Assembly (NCBI GenBank): GCA_963791205.1
Contig: CAWBRK010000016.1
Coordinates: 1,962-65,961 of the forward strand
Length of the DNA: 64,000 nt
DNA from: an uncultured Actinomycetes bacterium
GTDB taxonomy: Bacteria > Actinomycetota > Thermoleophilia > Gaiellales > Gaiellaceae
Reading direction: 5' to 3'
Both the position numbers and the translations under genes were made by a program. The notes beneath the pieces were generated by a model, which was given only the letters and a program-made list of their open reading frames with translations, had not been told where the DNA came from and made no database searches. This document shows positions 52,626 to 61,536 of this stretch, piece by piece; within the stretch, counting starts at the first letter, position 1; the number at the start of each line of letters is the position of its first letter.

Positions 52626-54292
52626 GTGACGACGACTGCGGTGGACGACGCTCTAGCGCGAGGGTACGAGGCGCTCGTGGGCGGTCGCTGGAGCGACGCG
52701 CAGCGGCGTTTCAGGAAGCGCTCGACGTGAACGACTCGGCGGAGGCGCTCGACGGACTCGGGCGCGATCGCTGTGGTGGCTGCGGGACGAGCGCGGCGCG
52801 GTCGTCCACCGGGAGCGGGCGTATGCGGGCTTCCGGCGCGACGGAGACCTTGCGCGCGCGGCGCGGATCGCGCTCTGGCTCTGCGCGGGAGTACGGGCTG
52901 GCGTTCGACAACGACGCTGCGTCGCGGGGCTGGCTCGCGCGGGCGGAGCGTCTCTCTGCGCGACGTGGCGCCGGGCGCCGAGGCGGGCTGGCTCGATCTC
53001 GCGCGCTCCGAAGCCGTGCGCGACGCGGGGGAGGCGGCGTCGTTCGCCTCCGGGGCGCTCGATGTCGCGCTCGTCACGCGGCGACCTGGACCTCGAGCTC
53101 CGGGCGCCTGGCGCAGCTCGGCCTCGCGGAGGTGTCGCTGGGAGAGACCGACCGCGGCCTCGCTCGGCTCGACGAGGCGATGGCCGCAGCGACGAGCGGC
53201 GAGCCCGCACGCTCGAGACGTTCGCGGACATCTGCTGCACGCTGATGCTCGCCTGCGAGCGCGCCGGCGACAGCGAGCGTCCGCAGCAGTGGAGCACCGT
53301 CCTCGACGACTTCGTCCGAGCACACGACCACGTGACGCTGCTCGCGTTCTGTCGCACGTGCTGCGCGGACGTCTACGCCGCGAACGGACGGATCGACTCC
53401 GCCGAGGCGGAGCTCGAGCTCGCGGTGCGCGAGCTCACGGCGCGGGCCAGCGCTCGCGCTGCATCCCTCCGTCGGCCCGGCTGGCGGAGATCCGCGTGCT
53501 CCAGGGCCGGCTTCGACGAGGCCGAGCAGCTGCTCGAGCGGCCTCGAGGCGGAGCCCGAGGCCGCTGCAGGCCCGTGTTGCGGTGCGCATCGCGCGCGGT
53601 GAGCCGCGGCGCGGCCTCGGCGCTCTTGACGCGTCCGGCTCGACGAGCTCGGGCTGGACGAACCTGCTCGCCGCGCCGCTGCTCGCGCAGCTCGTCGAGG
53701 CGCGGCTGGTCGAGGGCCGATCTGGACGGCGCGACGGCAGCGGCCTCCGCGCTCGACGGAGATCGCCGAGGTCCGAGGGCGCGAGCGCGTCGAGGCGCTC
53801 GCGACAGCGGCTCGTGGTCGCATCGCGCTTCGCCGAGGGGCGCACGGAGGCGGCGCGATCTCCTGCTCGAGGCGGTGAACCGTTTCGCGGCGCTCGGCGC
53901 TCGTCTCGACGCCGCGCGTACGCGCCTCGAGCTGGCCCGCGCGCTCGCCGTGCACCTCGCCGGAGATCGCGGTCGACACGGCACGACACGCGCGCACCGA
54001 GCTCGAAGCGCTCGGCGCGCTTCGCGACGCCGACGCGGCGGCCGCGCTGATGCGCTCGCTGGGCGCGAAGGGCCGAGCCGGGCCGCAGAGCGGCAGGGCT
54101 CCTGAGCCGGCGCGAGACACGAGGTGCTGCGCCTCCTCGGCGAAGGCCTCTCGAACCGCGAGATCGCCGAGCGGCTGTTCATCAGCCCGAAGACCGCCGA
54201 GCACCACGTCGAGTCGGATCTACGGGAAGCTCGGCGTGAGCTCGCGTGCCGAAGCCGCGGCGTACGCCGCGCGGAATCTCGGGGCGGAATAG
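52626..54292 (+). pseudogene. Large LuxR-family transcriptional regulator (second copy of this architecture), many frame changes
   Basis: Helical repeat body recoverable piecewise (WSDAQAAFQEALDVNDSAEALDGLG, ASRGWLARAERL, LAQLGLAEVSLGETDRGLARLDEAMAAA, FADICCTLMLACERAGD). C-terminus: [48 protein letters not shown]. Confidence 0.65.
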
Positions 54293-54365
54293 GGGAGATG
54301 CCCCTACCGCGCCGTCGCCCGCACCGCGCGATGCTCGCGGGCAGTCGAATCGAAAGGAGGACGTG

Positions 54366-54761
54366 ATGTCCGAGCAGAACAAGCAGGTCGTCCGCGAGTA
54401 CTACGCGCGGGTCATCAACGGACGCGACCTCGACGCCGTCGGGGACTTCTTCGCGGACGAGCGGATGGTCGAGGGCGTCAAGGGCGGGTGCTTCCGCTAC
54501 TTCGAGGCGTTCCCGGACATGCACGTCGTCGCTCGACGAGCTGATCGCCGAGGGCGACCGCGTGTTTCGTCCGCTCGACGATGACCGGGCACGCACGACG
54601 GCGAGTACAAGGGGATCCCGCCGACCGGACGCCACGTCGCGGCGGAGTGGCCGAGGTCTTCCGCATCGCGGACGGCAGGTTCGCCGGCTACTGGTGCATG
54701 ACGAACGTCGCCGGGCTGATGCGCCAGCTCACCGAAGAGCCGTCGCCGCGCGACGGCCTAG
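54366..54761 (+). pseudogene. SnoaL-like ester/polyketide cyclase family protein, 1-2 frame changes
   Basis: GAAAGGAGG before the ATG. MSEQNKQVVREYYARVINGRDLDAVGDFFADE..FEAFPDMHV, then [45 protein letters not shown]. Confidence 0.6.
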
Positions 54762-54786
54762 CCCCGAATCGGGAAAGGAGATACCG

Positions 54787-55164
54787 ATGGCCAAGGCATC
54801 GAAGACGACGTGCATCCGAGGCGGTCGAGCTCGAAGGGTACGAAGGCCACTTCGAGGACTTCGGGCCGTACACGGTCGGGTTCGAGACGTACACCGCCGA
54901 CGCCGACCTCGCGCCGCTCTTCGCCGGCCTGCCCGACGACCGCTGCCAGTGCCCGCACATGGGCTACGTGGTGAAGGGGAAGGTGAAGTTCACGTTCGCC
55001 GACGGGCACGAGGAGATCTACGAGGCCGGCGACGCGTACTACGCGCCTCCGGGGCACCTGCCCTACCTGTACGCAGGGTCGGAGGTCGTCGAGTTCAGCC
55101 CGTCGACCGAGCTCAGGAGACGCTCGCGGTCGTCGAGCGGAACATGGCAGCGATCGGCGGCTGA
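54787..55164 (+). pseudogene. Small cupin-like hypothetical protein, two compensating frame changes
   Basis: GGAAAGGAG before the ATG. The middle frame reads YEGHFEDFGPYTVGFETY..CPHMGYVVKGKVKFTFADGHEEIYEAGDAYYAPPGH. The start and end (..QETLAVVERNMAAIGG*) share another frame. Confidence 0.5.
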
Positions 55165-55212
55165 GCATGCGAGGGGCCGGGCGCGAGCTCGGCCTCTCGC
55201 CGGCCATCCGCG

Positions 55213-55776
55213 CTACCGCACGACGCGGTACTCGAGGTGCGTCACGCCGTCGTCCCGGCTGAGCCCGGTCTGTTCCAGCTCGACTCGCTCAGGGAGCACG
55301 TCGAACAGCCGACGACCGCCTCCGAGCAGGACGCTGACGACGTGGAGCCTGAGCTCGTCCACGAGCCCGGCGGCGAGGAACTGCTGGTCGATGTTCGCTC
55401 CCATCAGCCCGATCCGCTTCTCGCCGGCGGCGGCCTGCGCCTTCGCGAGCGCACTCTCGATCCCGTCCGTGACGAACGTGAAGATCGGGTCCGCGCTCGC
55501 GGACGGAGTGTGCGTGACGACGAAGCACGGGACCTCGCCCAGCGGGCCCTTGCCGCCCCAATTGTCGATCGAGTTGTCGTACGAGCGGCGGCCCATGATC
55601 ACGGCGCCGGTCTCTTCGATCAGGTTGCCGAACACGCGGTCGAACACGGACGGGTCGTCGAACGCCCAGTTGTGGAGCCTCATCCCGTCCTCGCCCAGCC
55701 CCTGCTCGGGGTTGTCGTTGGGCGCTGCGATGTAGCCGTCCAAGGACATGCTGATGTCGATCACGACGCTGCCCAT
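55213..55776 (-). CDS. Dihydrofolate reductase-like (RibD C-terminal domain) family protein
   Basis: MGSVVIDISMSLDGYIAAPND..VIMGRRSY..LVDELRLHVVSVLLGGGRRLF. Intact; paralog of 45059-45627. Confidence 0.75.
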   Translation of the reverse strand: MGSVVIDISMSLDGYIAAPNDNPEQGLGEDGMRLHNWAFDDPSVFDRVFGNLIEETGAVIMGRRSYDNSIDNWGGKGPLGEVPCFVVTHTPSASADPIFTFVTDGIESALAKAQAAAGEKRIGLMGANIDQQFLAAGLVDELRLHVVSVLLGGGRRLFDVLPERVELEQTGLSRDDGVTHLEYRVVR

Positions 55777-55812
55777 CTCGCCTCCTCTGTGTCCGTGAGA
55801 GAGACTAGTGTC

Positions 55813-56354
55813 GTGCCCGCGGCGACGCATTACGCACGCAGCGGCGAGGTCAACATCGCCGTACCAGGAGCTCGTCGAGCGCTACAACCGCACGCTCGAC
55901 CGGGAACAGGTCGCGCGAGACGCGATCCTCCGTAACGCGTCGGCGACCTCGGCGAGGGCGTCGTGATCCGGGCACTCTTCTACCGCGAGTACGCCACCCG
56001 TGTCTCGATCGGCGCCTGCACGTTCGTCAACTTCGACGGCCACATGCTCGACGTCGCGCCGGTCACCATCGGGAGCGCTTGCCAGATCGACACGCGTGTC
56101 CAGTTCCTGACCGCGACTCATCCGCGCGATTCGGAGCCGCGCGGGATCGGCGGGAGTCCGTGAGGCGATCGTCCTCGGGCACAACGTCTGGCTCGGAGGT
56201 GGCGGCATCGTGTGCCCGGGCGCGACGATCGGGGACGACACCGTCGTCGGGGCCGGCGCGGTCGTCACGCGGGACCTGCTGCAGGCGTCGTCGCAGCCGG
56301 TGTCCCTGCGCGCGTGATCCGCGAGATCGGCGACGGCGACCGAGTCGACGGTAA
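55813..56354 (+). pseudogene. Chimeric remnant: first ~15 codons of an alpha/beta-hydrolase/cyclase-type gene fused to an N-truncated, frameshifted maltose/galactoside O-acetyltransferase
   Basis: ATHYARSGEVNIA(YQ) parallels the start of 37119-38510. It runs straight into ELVERYNRTLDREQVARDAIL..VSIGACTFVNFDGHMLDVAPVTIG..LTATHP..VWLGGGGIVCPGATIGDDTVVGAGAVVTRD (hexapeptide repeats) across 3 frames. Confidence 0.6.
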
Positions 56355-56363
56355 CCGCTCTTG

Positions 56364-56386
56364 TATACATCGTGCTTCTATGTATA
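56364..56386 (+). promoter_or_regulatory. AT-rich inverted repeat overlapping the -10 box upstream of padR (candidate PadR operator)
   Basis: TATACAT-N9-ATGTATA, with TATAGT (56383-56388) 10 nt before ATG 56399. An AT-rich island in otherwise ~70% GC DNA. Confidence 0.5.
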
Positions 56387-56398
56387 GTACTTCGAGCT

Positions 56399-56740
56399 AT
56401 GCACATCGACAAGGACCTCGTCGCGGCCTCGGCGACCCCGCTCGTGCTCGCGATCCTGGCGGAGGGTGAGAGCTACGGCTACGCGATCCTCAAGCGGGTG
56501 CGCGCGCTCTCCGGCGGCGAGCTCGAGTGGACGGACGGGATGCTCTACCCGCTGCTCCACCGCCTCGAGCGGCTCGGGCACGTGAAGACGGACTGGCGGA
56601 CGCCGCCGGAAGGGCGGCGCCGCAGGTACTACGTGATCACCAAGGACGGGCGCGCCGCGCTCGAGGACCAGCAGCGGCAGTGGGAGACCGTGACGCGTGC
56701 GCTGAACGACGTCTGGCGGCTGGCGGCGGTGGAGGCTTGA
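56399..56740 (+). CDS. PadR family transcriptional regulator
   Basis: LVLAILAEGESYGYAILKRVRALSGGELEWTDGMLYPLLHRLERLGHV..RRRYYVITKDGRAAL. Stop overlaps the next ATG (ATGA). Confidence 0.85.
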   Translation: MHIDKDLVAASATPLVLAILAEGESYGYAILKRVRALSGGELEWTDGMLYPLLHRLERLGHVKTDWRTPPEGRRRRYYVITKDGRAALEDQQRQWETVTRALNDVWRLAAVEA

Positions 56741-58087
56741 TGGAGAGCGTGGAGTCGCAGATCGCGGAGTGGCGGGCGTACGTCGCGGGCGCGCCCGGTG
56801 TGAACGGCCGCGACGTCGAGACGAGCTCGAGGATCACCTCCGCGGCCAGATCGCCGAGCTGAACGAGGCCGGCCTCGCGGACGACGAGGCGTTCCTCGTC
56901 GCCGTGAAGCGGATGGGCGACGCTCGACTCGCTCTCGCGCGAGTTCGCGCGCGAGCACAGCGGCCGGCTGTGGAAGCAGCTCGTCCTGAGCGGCGACGAC
57001 GAGCCGCGCGCGCGACGGGCGGCTGGCTCGAGGCGTTCCTGTTCGGCGCTGGCCGCGGCCGTCGCGATCCAGATCGCGCGCCTCGCCGCCGGCTTCCCCG
57101 ACGACGAGCCGACGTGGTTCGCGCGGAACCTCGGCCTCTTCGTGCTGCCGTTCCTCGCCGGGTACTTCGCGCGCCGGCGCGAGCTCGACGTCGCGCGGCT
57201 GGCTGCTGACGGCGGTGCCGTTCGCGCTCGCTGCGCTCGTCGTCAACCTCTATCCGTGGGACGCGGACTCGAACACCGAGATGCTCGCCGCGGTCCACCT
57301 GCCCGTCGCGCTGTGGTTCGTCGTCGCCTACCCGTACATGGGCGGCACGCTGCCGGTCGCACGAACGGCGCATGGACTTCGTCCGCTTCACGGGCGAGTG
57401 GTTCATCTACTACGTGCTGATCGCGCTCGGCGGCGGCGTGCTCATGGGGCTGACCGCGGGGATCCTCGAGCCCGCGGGCGTCGACGTCGAGCGCGTCGTC
57501 GAGTGGGTGCTGCCGTCGGGCGCAGCCGGCGCGGTCGTCGTGGCCGCGTGGCTCGTCGAGTCGAAGCAGCGGGTGGTGGAGAACATGGCGCCGGTGCTCG
57601 GCGATGCTCTTCACGCCGCTGTTCGCGGTGATGCTGGTCGCCGCTGCCGTCACCTACGCCGCGACCGGCCTCGGCGACGCGTTCGACCGCGACCTCGTCA
57701 GCGTCTTCGACGCGCTGCTGGTCGTCGTGCTCGCGCTCGTCCTGTACGGGATGTCGGCGCGCGACCCGTCGGACGTCGCCGGGCTGGATGGACCGCATCC
57801 AGCTGGTCGCCGTCGTCAGCGCGCTCGTGCTCGACCTGATGGTGCTCGGCACGATGGTCGCCCGGATCGGCGACCTCGGGTTCACCCCGAACCGAACCGC
57901 AGCGCTCGGGCTCAACCTCGTCCTGCTCGTGAACCTGGCCGGGGCGGCGTGGCTGTCCGCGCGGTTCCTCACGGGGCGCAGCAGGCTCCACCGGCTCGAG
58001 CGCTGGCAGACGACCTACCTGCCGGTGTTCGCCCTGTGGGCCGCCGCGGTGGTGGTCGTCCTGCCGCCACTGTTCGGCTTCAGCTGA
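56740..58087 (+). pseudogene. PadR-associated integral membrane protein (permease-prefix plus DUF4153-like), about 5 frame changes
   Basis: N-terminal MESVESQIAEWRAYVAG..DELEDHLRGQIAELNEAGLADDEAFLVAVKRMG, then multiple TM segments in changing frames (PFALAALVVNLYPW.., FIYYVLIALGGGVLMGL.., LVAVVSALVLDLMVLG..). Confidence 0.55.
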
Positions 58088-58207
58088 CCCGCCGGCACCC
58101 GCTCTTCGTAACCGCCATTCCGCAAGAAACGCCTGCTTAGAGCCAGATTGTTTTCGCCGGTCAGGCCCGGGTATCCCTCTTTCGACGGCTACAGGAAGGG
58201 GGGTCAC

Positions 58208-58417
58208 ATGCTCAACCAGCAGACCAAGCAGCAGTTCCAGCAGAACTTCCAGCAGATCAAGCCGCAGATTCAGCAGGCGTTTCCCGATGTGCCGGAGCAG
58301 GAACTGAGCAAGGCGCAGAGCAATCCGGACCAGCTGGTGTCCACGATCGAGCAGAAGACTGGTCAGCCGAAGGCTCAGATCGAGCAGAAGCTCACGCAGC
58401 TCGCCAGCCGCGTCTAG
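58208..58417 (+). CDS. Small Gln-rich hypothetical protein (69 aa)
   Basis: GGAAGGGGGG before the ATG. MLNQQTKQQFQQNFQQIKPQIQQAF..VSTIEQKTGQPKAQIEQKLTQLASRV. Followed by a strong hairpin. Confidence 0.45.
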   Translation: MLNQQTKQQFQQNFQQIKPQIQQAFPDVPEQELSKAQSNPDQLVSTIEQKTGQPKAQIEQKLTQLASRV

Positions 58418-58440
58418 CGGCGTCGGCGGCTACGCGACAT

Positions 58441-58470
58441 AGAGAGAGGCCCCGTTCGGGGCCTCTCTCT
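58441..58470. terminator. Perfect 13-bp stem, 4-nt loop hairpin
   Basis: AGAGAGAGGCCCC-GTTC-GGGGCCTCTCTCT, 23 nt after the stop at 58417. Confidence 0.55.
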
Positions 58471-58512
58471 ATCTCAAGGTCTGCCCGCCGACGTCCGATT
58501 TACGATCGATAG

Positions 58513-58737
58513 ATGGGCGAGGAAACGATTCATCAGGCAATCGAAGCGAGCGCGGAGTCCAACGAGAAGCTCGAGGGTGCGCTGCTCGTGGGCTGGGTGA
58601 TGGTCGCCGAGTGGGTCGGTGTGGACGGCACACGTTCGCTCGTGCGCATGGCCGGGACGCCCGGGGGGACCGTCCCACCCATCTGGCAGACCAAGGGCTA
58701 TCTCCACGAGTCGCTCTACGGCAACTGGGAGAGCTAG
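58513..58737 (+). CDS. Hypothetical protein (74 aa)
   Basis: Intact ORF with moderately GC-rich third positions. No recognised motif. Confidence 0.4.
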   Translation: MGEETIHQAIEASAESNEKLEGALLVGWVMVAEWVGVDGTRSLVRMAGTPGGTVPPIWQTKGYLHESLYGNWES

Positions 58738-58876
58738 CCAGCTTCATAAACGGCGAAGCCGGTCAGGTCTCCGCAACGTGCCTTACTGCAAGACCTGACG
58801 CCCGATGCGCGGCTGACACTTACGATTCTTCGATGAAGCGCTTCGCCGTATCGGCGCTGAACCGAAAGGAACAACG

Positions 58877-59239
58877 ATGTACGCACGCGTGACACGGTTC
58901 GAAGGCTCGGAGCCGGCAAAGCTGAAGCAGGAGCTCGGCGACATGCGCGACCAGATGCAGCGTGGCCTCTCGGACGAGTCGATCGACCAGATGGCCGAGC
59001 AGGTGAAGGGCCAGTTCGAGCGCGACGAGGTCGCGAGACTGCTGGGGGCGATCAAGCGAACGATCGTGCTCGCGGACGAGGAGAAGGGCAGCTCAGCGAT
59101 GGTGCTCTTCTGTGAGACCGAAGAAGATGCGCGCGGCGTCGACCGGCTGTTCGATGCGATGTCGCCCGGCGATGGCGGCGGCAGACGACAGAGCGCGGAT
59201 GTCTACGAGGTCTCGATCGATCAGACGTTCTCGACGTAG
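58877..59239 (+). CDS. Hypothetical protein (120 aa, ferredoxin-like alpha+beta fold suspected)
   Basis: MYARVTRFEGS..AMVLFCETEEDARGV resembles ABM-type proteins. AAAGGAAC 6 nt before the ATG. Confidence 0.45.
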   Translation: MYARVTRFEGSEPAKLKQELGDMRDQMQRGLSDESIDQMAEQVKGQFERDEVARLLGAIKRTIVLADEEKGSSAMVLFCETEEDARGVDRLFDAMSPGDGGGRRQSADVYEVSIDQTFST

Positions 59240-59988
59240 GGCGCCTGGCGCTCGCGCAGAAACGCGAGCAGGAGCGCGTTGACCTCGTCTGCTCGTTCGA
59301 GGCTCGGTAGGTGCGCCGCCCCGGACACGGTCACGAGTCGAGCGCCGCTGACGGAGTCGGCAACGTGGGCGGCGATCGCCTGCATGTCCGCCACGTCTTC
59401 CTCACCGACGAGCACCAGCGTCGGGCAGCGGACGTCACCAAGCCGTTCGCTAACCGGAGGGTCGAGTTCCTCCTCTTCCGCGCCGGCCTCCCACGCGGGC
59501 TCCTGAAGCTCGTAGGAGCGGAGCACCATCGCGCCCACGGCCGACCGCAGGTCCGCGTCGACCGCCTCCGGGGAGCGGCGGGGGCCGTCGACCCACAGAC
59601 GCAAGGTCGCCTCGGCTGCTGCCGCGAAGTCGCCCCGTTCGACGGCCGCTTCCTCCTCGGCCCAGCCCGCACGCGTCTCATCGGACCACGCCCAGCCAGG
59701 CAGGCCCGGCGCGATCAGGACGAGACGCTCCACGAGCTCCGGCCTTAGCACCGCCAACTCGAGAGCCACCCGGCCGCCCTGTGAGTTGCCGACGACCGCC
59801 GTCGGTCCGTCGAGCAGCGCCTCGACGTCGCGCACGTGCGAGAACGGCACCGGCTCCAGTTCCCGCTGTCCGAACCCGCGCAGATCAGGCGCGAGCACCC
59901 GGTAGCCGGCCGCGCGGAGCACCTCGACCTGCGGCTCCCACATTCGGCTGTCCGCGATCCCGGCGTGAAGCAAGAGAACGGCGTTCAC
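59221..59988 (-). CDS. Alpha/beta hydrolase fold protein
   Basis: Intact 255-aa ORF; LLLHAGIADSRMWE..VVGNSQGG (nucleophile elbow)..LVLVGEEDV..GAAHLPSLE. Confidence 0.75.
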   Translation of the reverse strand: MNAVLLLHAGIADSRMWEPQVEVLRAAGYRVLAPDLRGFGQRELEPVPFSHVRDVEALLDGPTAVVGNSQGGRVALELAVLRPELVERLVLIAPGLPGWAWSDETRAGWAEEEAAVERGDFAAAAEATLRLWVDGPRRSPEAVDADLRSAVGAMVLRSYELQEPAWEAGAEEEELDPPVSERLGDVRCPTLVLVGEEDVADMQAIAAHVADSVSGARLVTVSGAAHLPSLERADEVNALLLAFLRERQAPYVENV

Positions 59989-60059
59989 GCCGGAGAGGGT
60001 AACGCCGAGCTCTGGGTAAGCCCTTCTCGGCTCGCGGGCCCGCGGTTTATGGTCTCTGC

Positions 60060-60353
60060 ATGCTCGAGGGATGGAGGCAACGGCGTGTCAACAGGCGAGT
60101 ACTCATCGTCGTTGCGACGCTGGCCGTCGTCGCAGCGGTCGGCATCACCGCCGCGCTTGTCGGCCGCGAGTCGAAGGCGTACAAGACGGGCCGTTCCGTC
60201 GGCGTTGCGCTGTTCAAGAGCGGGACACCGAAGCACAAGTGCGCCGACGTCCGCCAGGGCGCGGAGCTGGAGGGCATGGACACGGAGGACGAGCGGCGAG
60301 ACTTCTACGAGGGCTGTCTCGCGGGCTGGGAGGACATCGCCGACGAGCGCTGA
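60060..60353 (+). CDS. Hypothetical single-pass membrane protein (97 aa)
   Basis: Basic N-terminus, TM VLIVVATLAVVAAVGITAALV, acidic Cys-containing C-terminal domain. Confidence 0.4.
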   Translation: MLEGWRQRRVNRRVLIVVATLAVVAAVGITAALVGRESKAYKTGRSVGVALFKSGTPKHKCADVRQGAELEGMDTEDERRDFYEGCLAGWEDIADER

Positions 60354-60404
60354 GCCGTGGTCCTCCCGCCGCTGTTCGCCTTTGACTGACTGACTGCCGC
60401 TCGC

Positions 60405-61286
60405 TAGCTCGCTGAGTGTGCCCGACGCAGCGCACCGATGTAGACGCCGGTGAGCACCAGCGACCCACCGAGCAAGAGCGCCGACGCCGATCGGCTCGTC
60501 GTCCAGCCACGCGGACAGGACAAGCGTGACGACGGGGATGACGACGAACGTGTAGGCCGCGCGGGAGGCCTCCCAGTATCGGAGCACGACCAGGTACAGC
60601 ACGAAGACGAGCGCGGATCCCACCACGACCAGGTACGCGATCGCCAACCACGTGGCTGTGCGGTCCGGAAGCTCTATCTGTTCGCCGGCAATGATCGACG
60701 CGACGACGAGGAGCAGCGCGCCCGCCGCCATGCCGACGGCGTTCAGCGTCACGGGGTGAACCGGAGGGAACCGCCGGACGACGACGGCTGCCTGCGCGAA
60801 GCAGAGCGCGCTGCCCACGGCGGCCAGTACGGAGAGCAGGGGAACCGTTCCGCGAAGCGCTTCGCGCGACATGATTGCGATGCCCGCGAGCGCGACGAGC
60901 GCGCCGCCGAGAGCTGCGACGCGGAATCGCTCCTGCCGCTGCAGGACGGCGAGGAGCAGCGTCGCGAGCGGCACCAACGCGAGCAGAAGCTGTCCGAATC
61001 CGGCGTGAATCCGGACGAGCGCGTAGTAGGCGAGGGCGAACGCGCCGCCGAAGTTCAGGGTCCCGAAGACGATCGCGCCGGCGAGGGCTTCTCCGCGCGG
61101 GATGGAGAGCCTGAGCACGGCCATAACGGCCAGGAGGAGTGCCGCCGCGAGCCCGAAGCGGAACCCGGCTCCCCAGAACGGCTCGAGCTCGCGGTTGCTG
61201 AACCGGACACCGACGCCGTTTCCCCCGGCGAGGATCGCGCCGGAGAAGAAGGCCGCGAGCGCAACGCGCTCGCTCGTGGCGTTCAT
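60405..61286 (-). pseudogene. EamA/DMT family transporter, one frame change near 60478
   Basis: About ten TM-like helices. The C-terminus LGGSLVLTGVYIGALRRAHSAS* is recovered in a second frame. The ATG has no SD and overlaps the stop of an upstream micro-ORF. Confidence 0.75.
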
Positions 61287-61418
61287 GAAGGGAGTCTAGG
61301 CGGTTGTGGGCGGGTGATCATGCGTCTGACCGCGCTGATCCTCGAGCCCACGGGTGCCTCCGGTGTCGGACACCATCGTTCATCGGTGTCGGACGCGGTG
61401 TCGGACGCCGTCGTTCAT
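61283..61418 (-). other. Three consecutive micro-ORFs (12, 21, 12 aa) linked to each other and to eamA by ATGA start/stop overlaps
   Basis: sORF1 61380-61418 MNDGVRHRVRHR; sORF2 61318-61383 MNDGVRHRRHPWARGSARSDA; sORF3 61283-61321 MITRPQPPRLPS. GGGAG lies 9 nt before sORF1. The shared MNDGVRH comes from a 22-nt direct repeat. Confidence 0.4.
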
Positions 61419-61536
61419 AGCCGAATGCTCCCTAGGTCTTCCTGCTGCTCCGCCGTCAGGGACTTCGTACCGAACCAGCGGAAGCTGTAGTCCAGATCGA
61501 CTTCGCCGCGCGGATCCGCGCCGTTCGCAAGGCCGC

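Noticed and set aside
60383-60396. TGACTGACTGACTG, a tetranucleotide repeat giving stops in all three frames, resembling an engineered stop cassette
   Set aside because: It is only 14 nt, lies in a natural 50-bp gap between convergent genes, and has no vector-like flanking sequence. A chance microsatellite is the simplest explanation.
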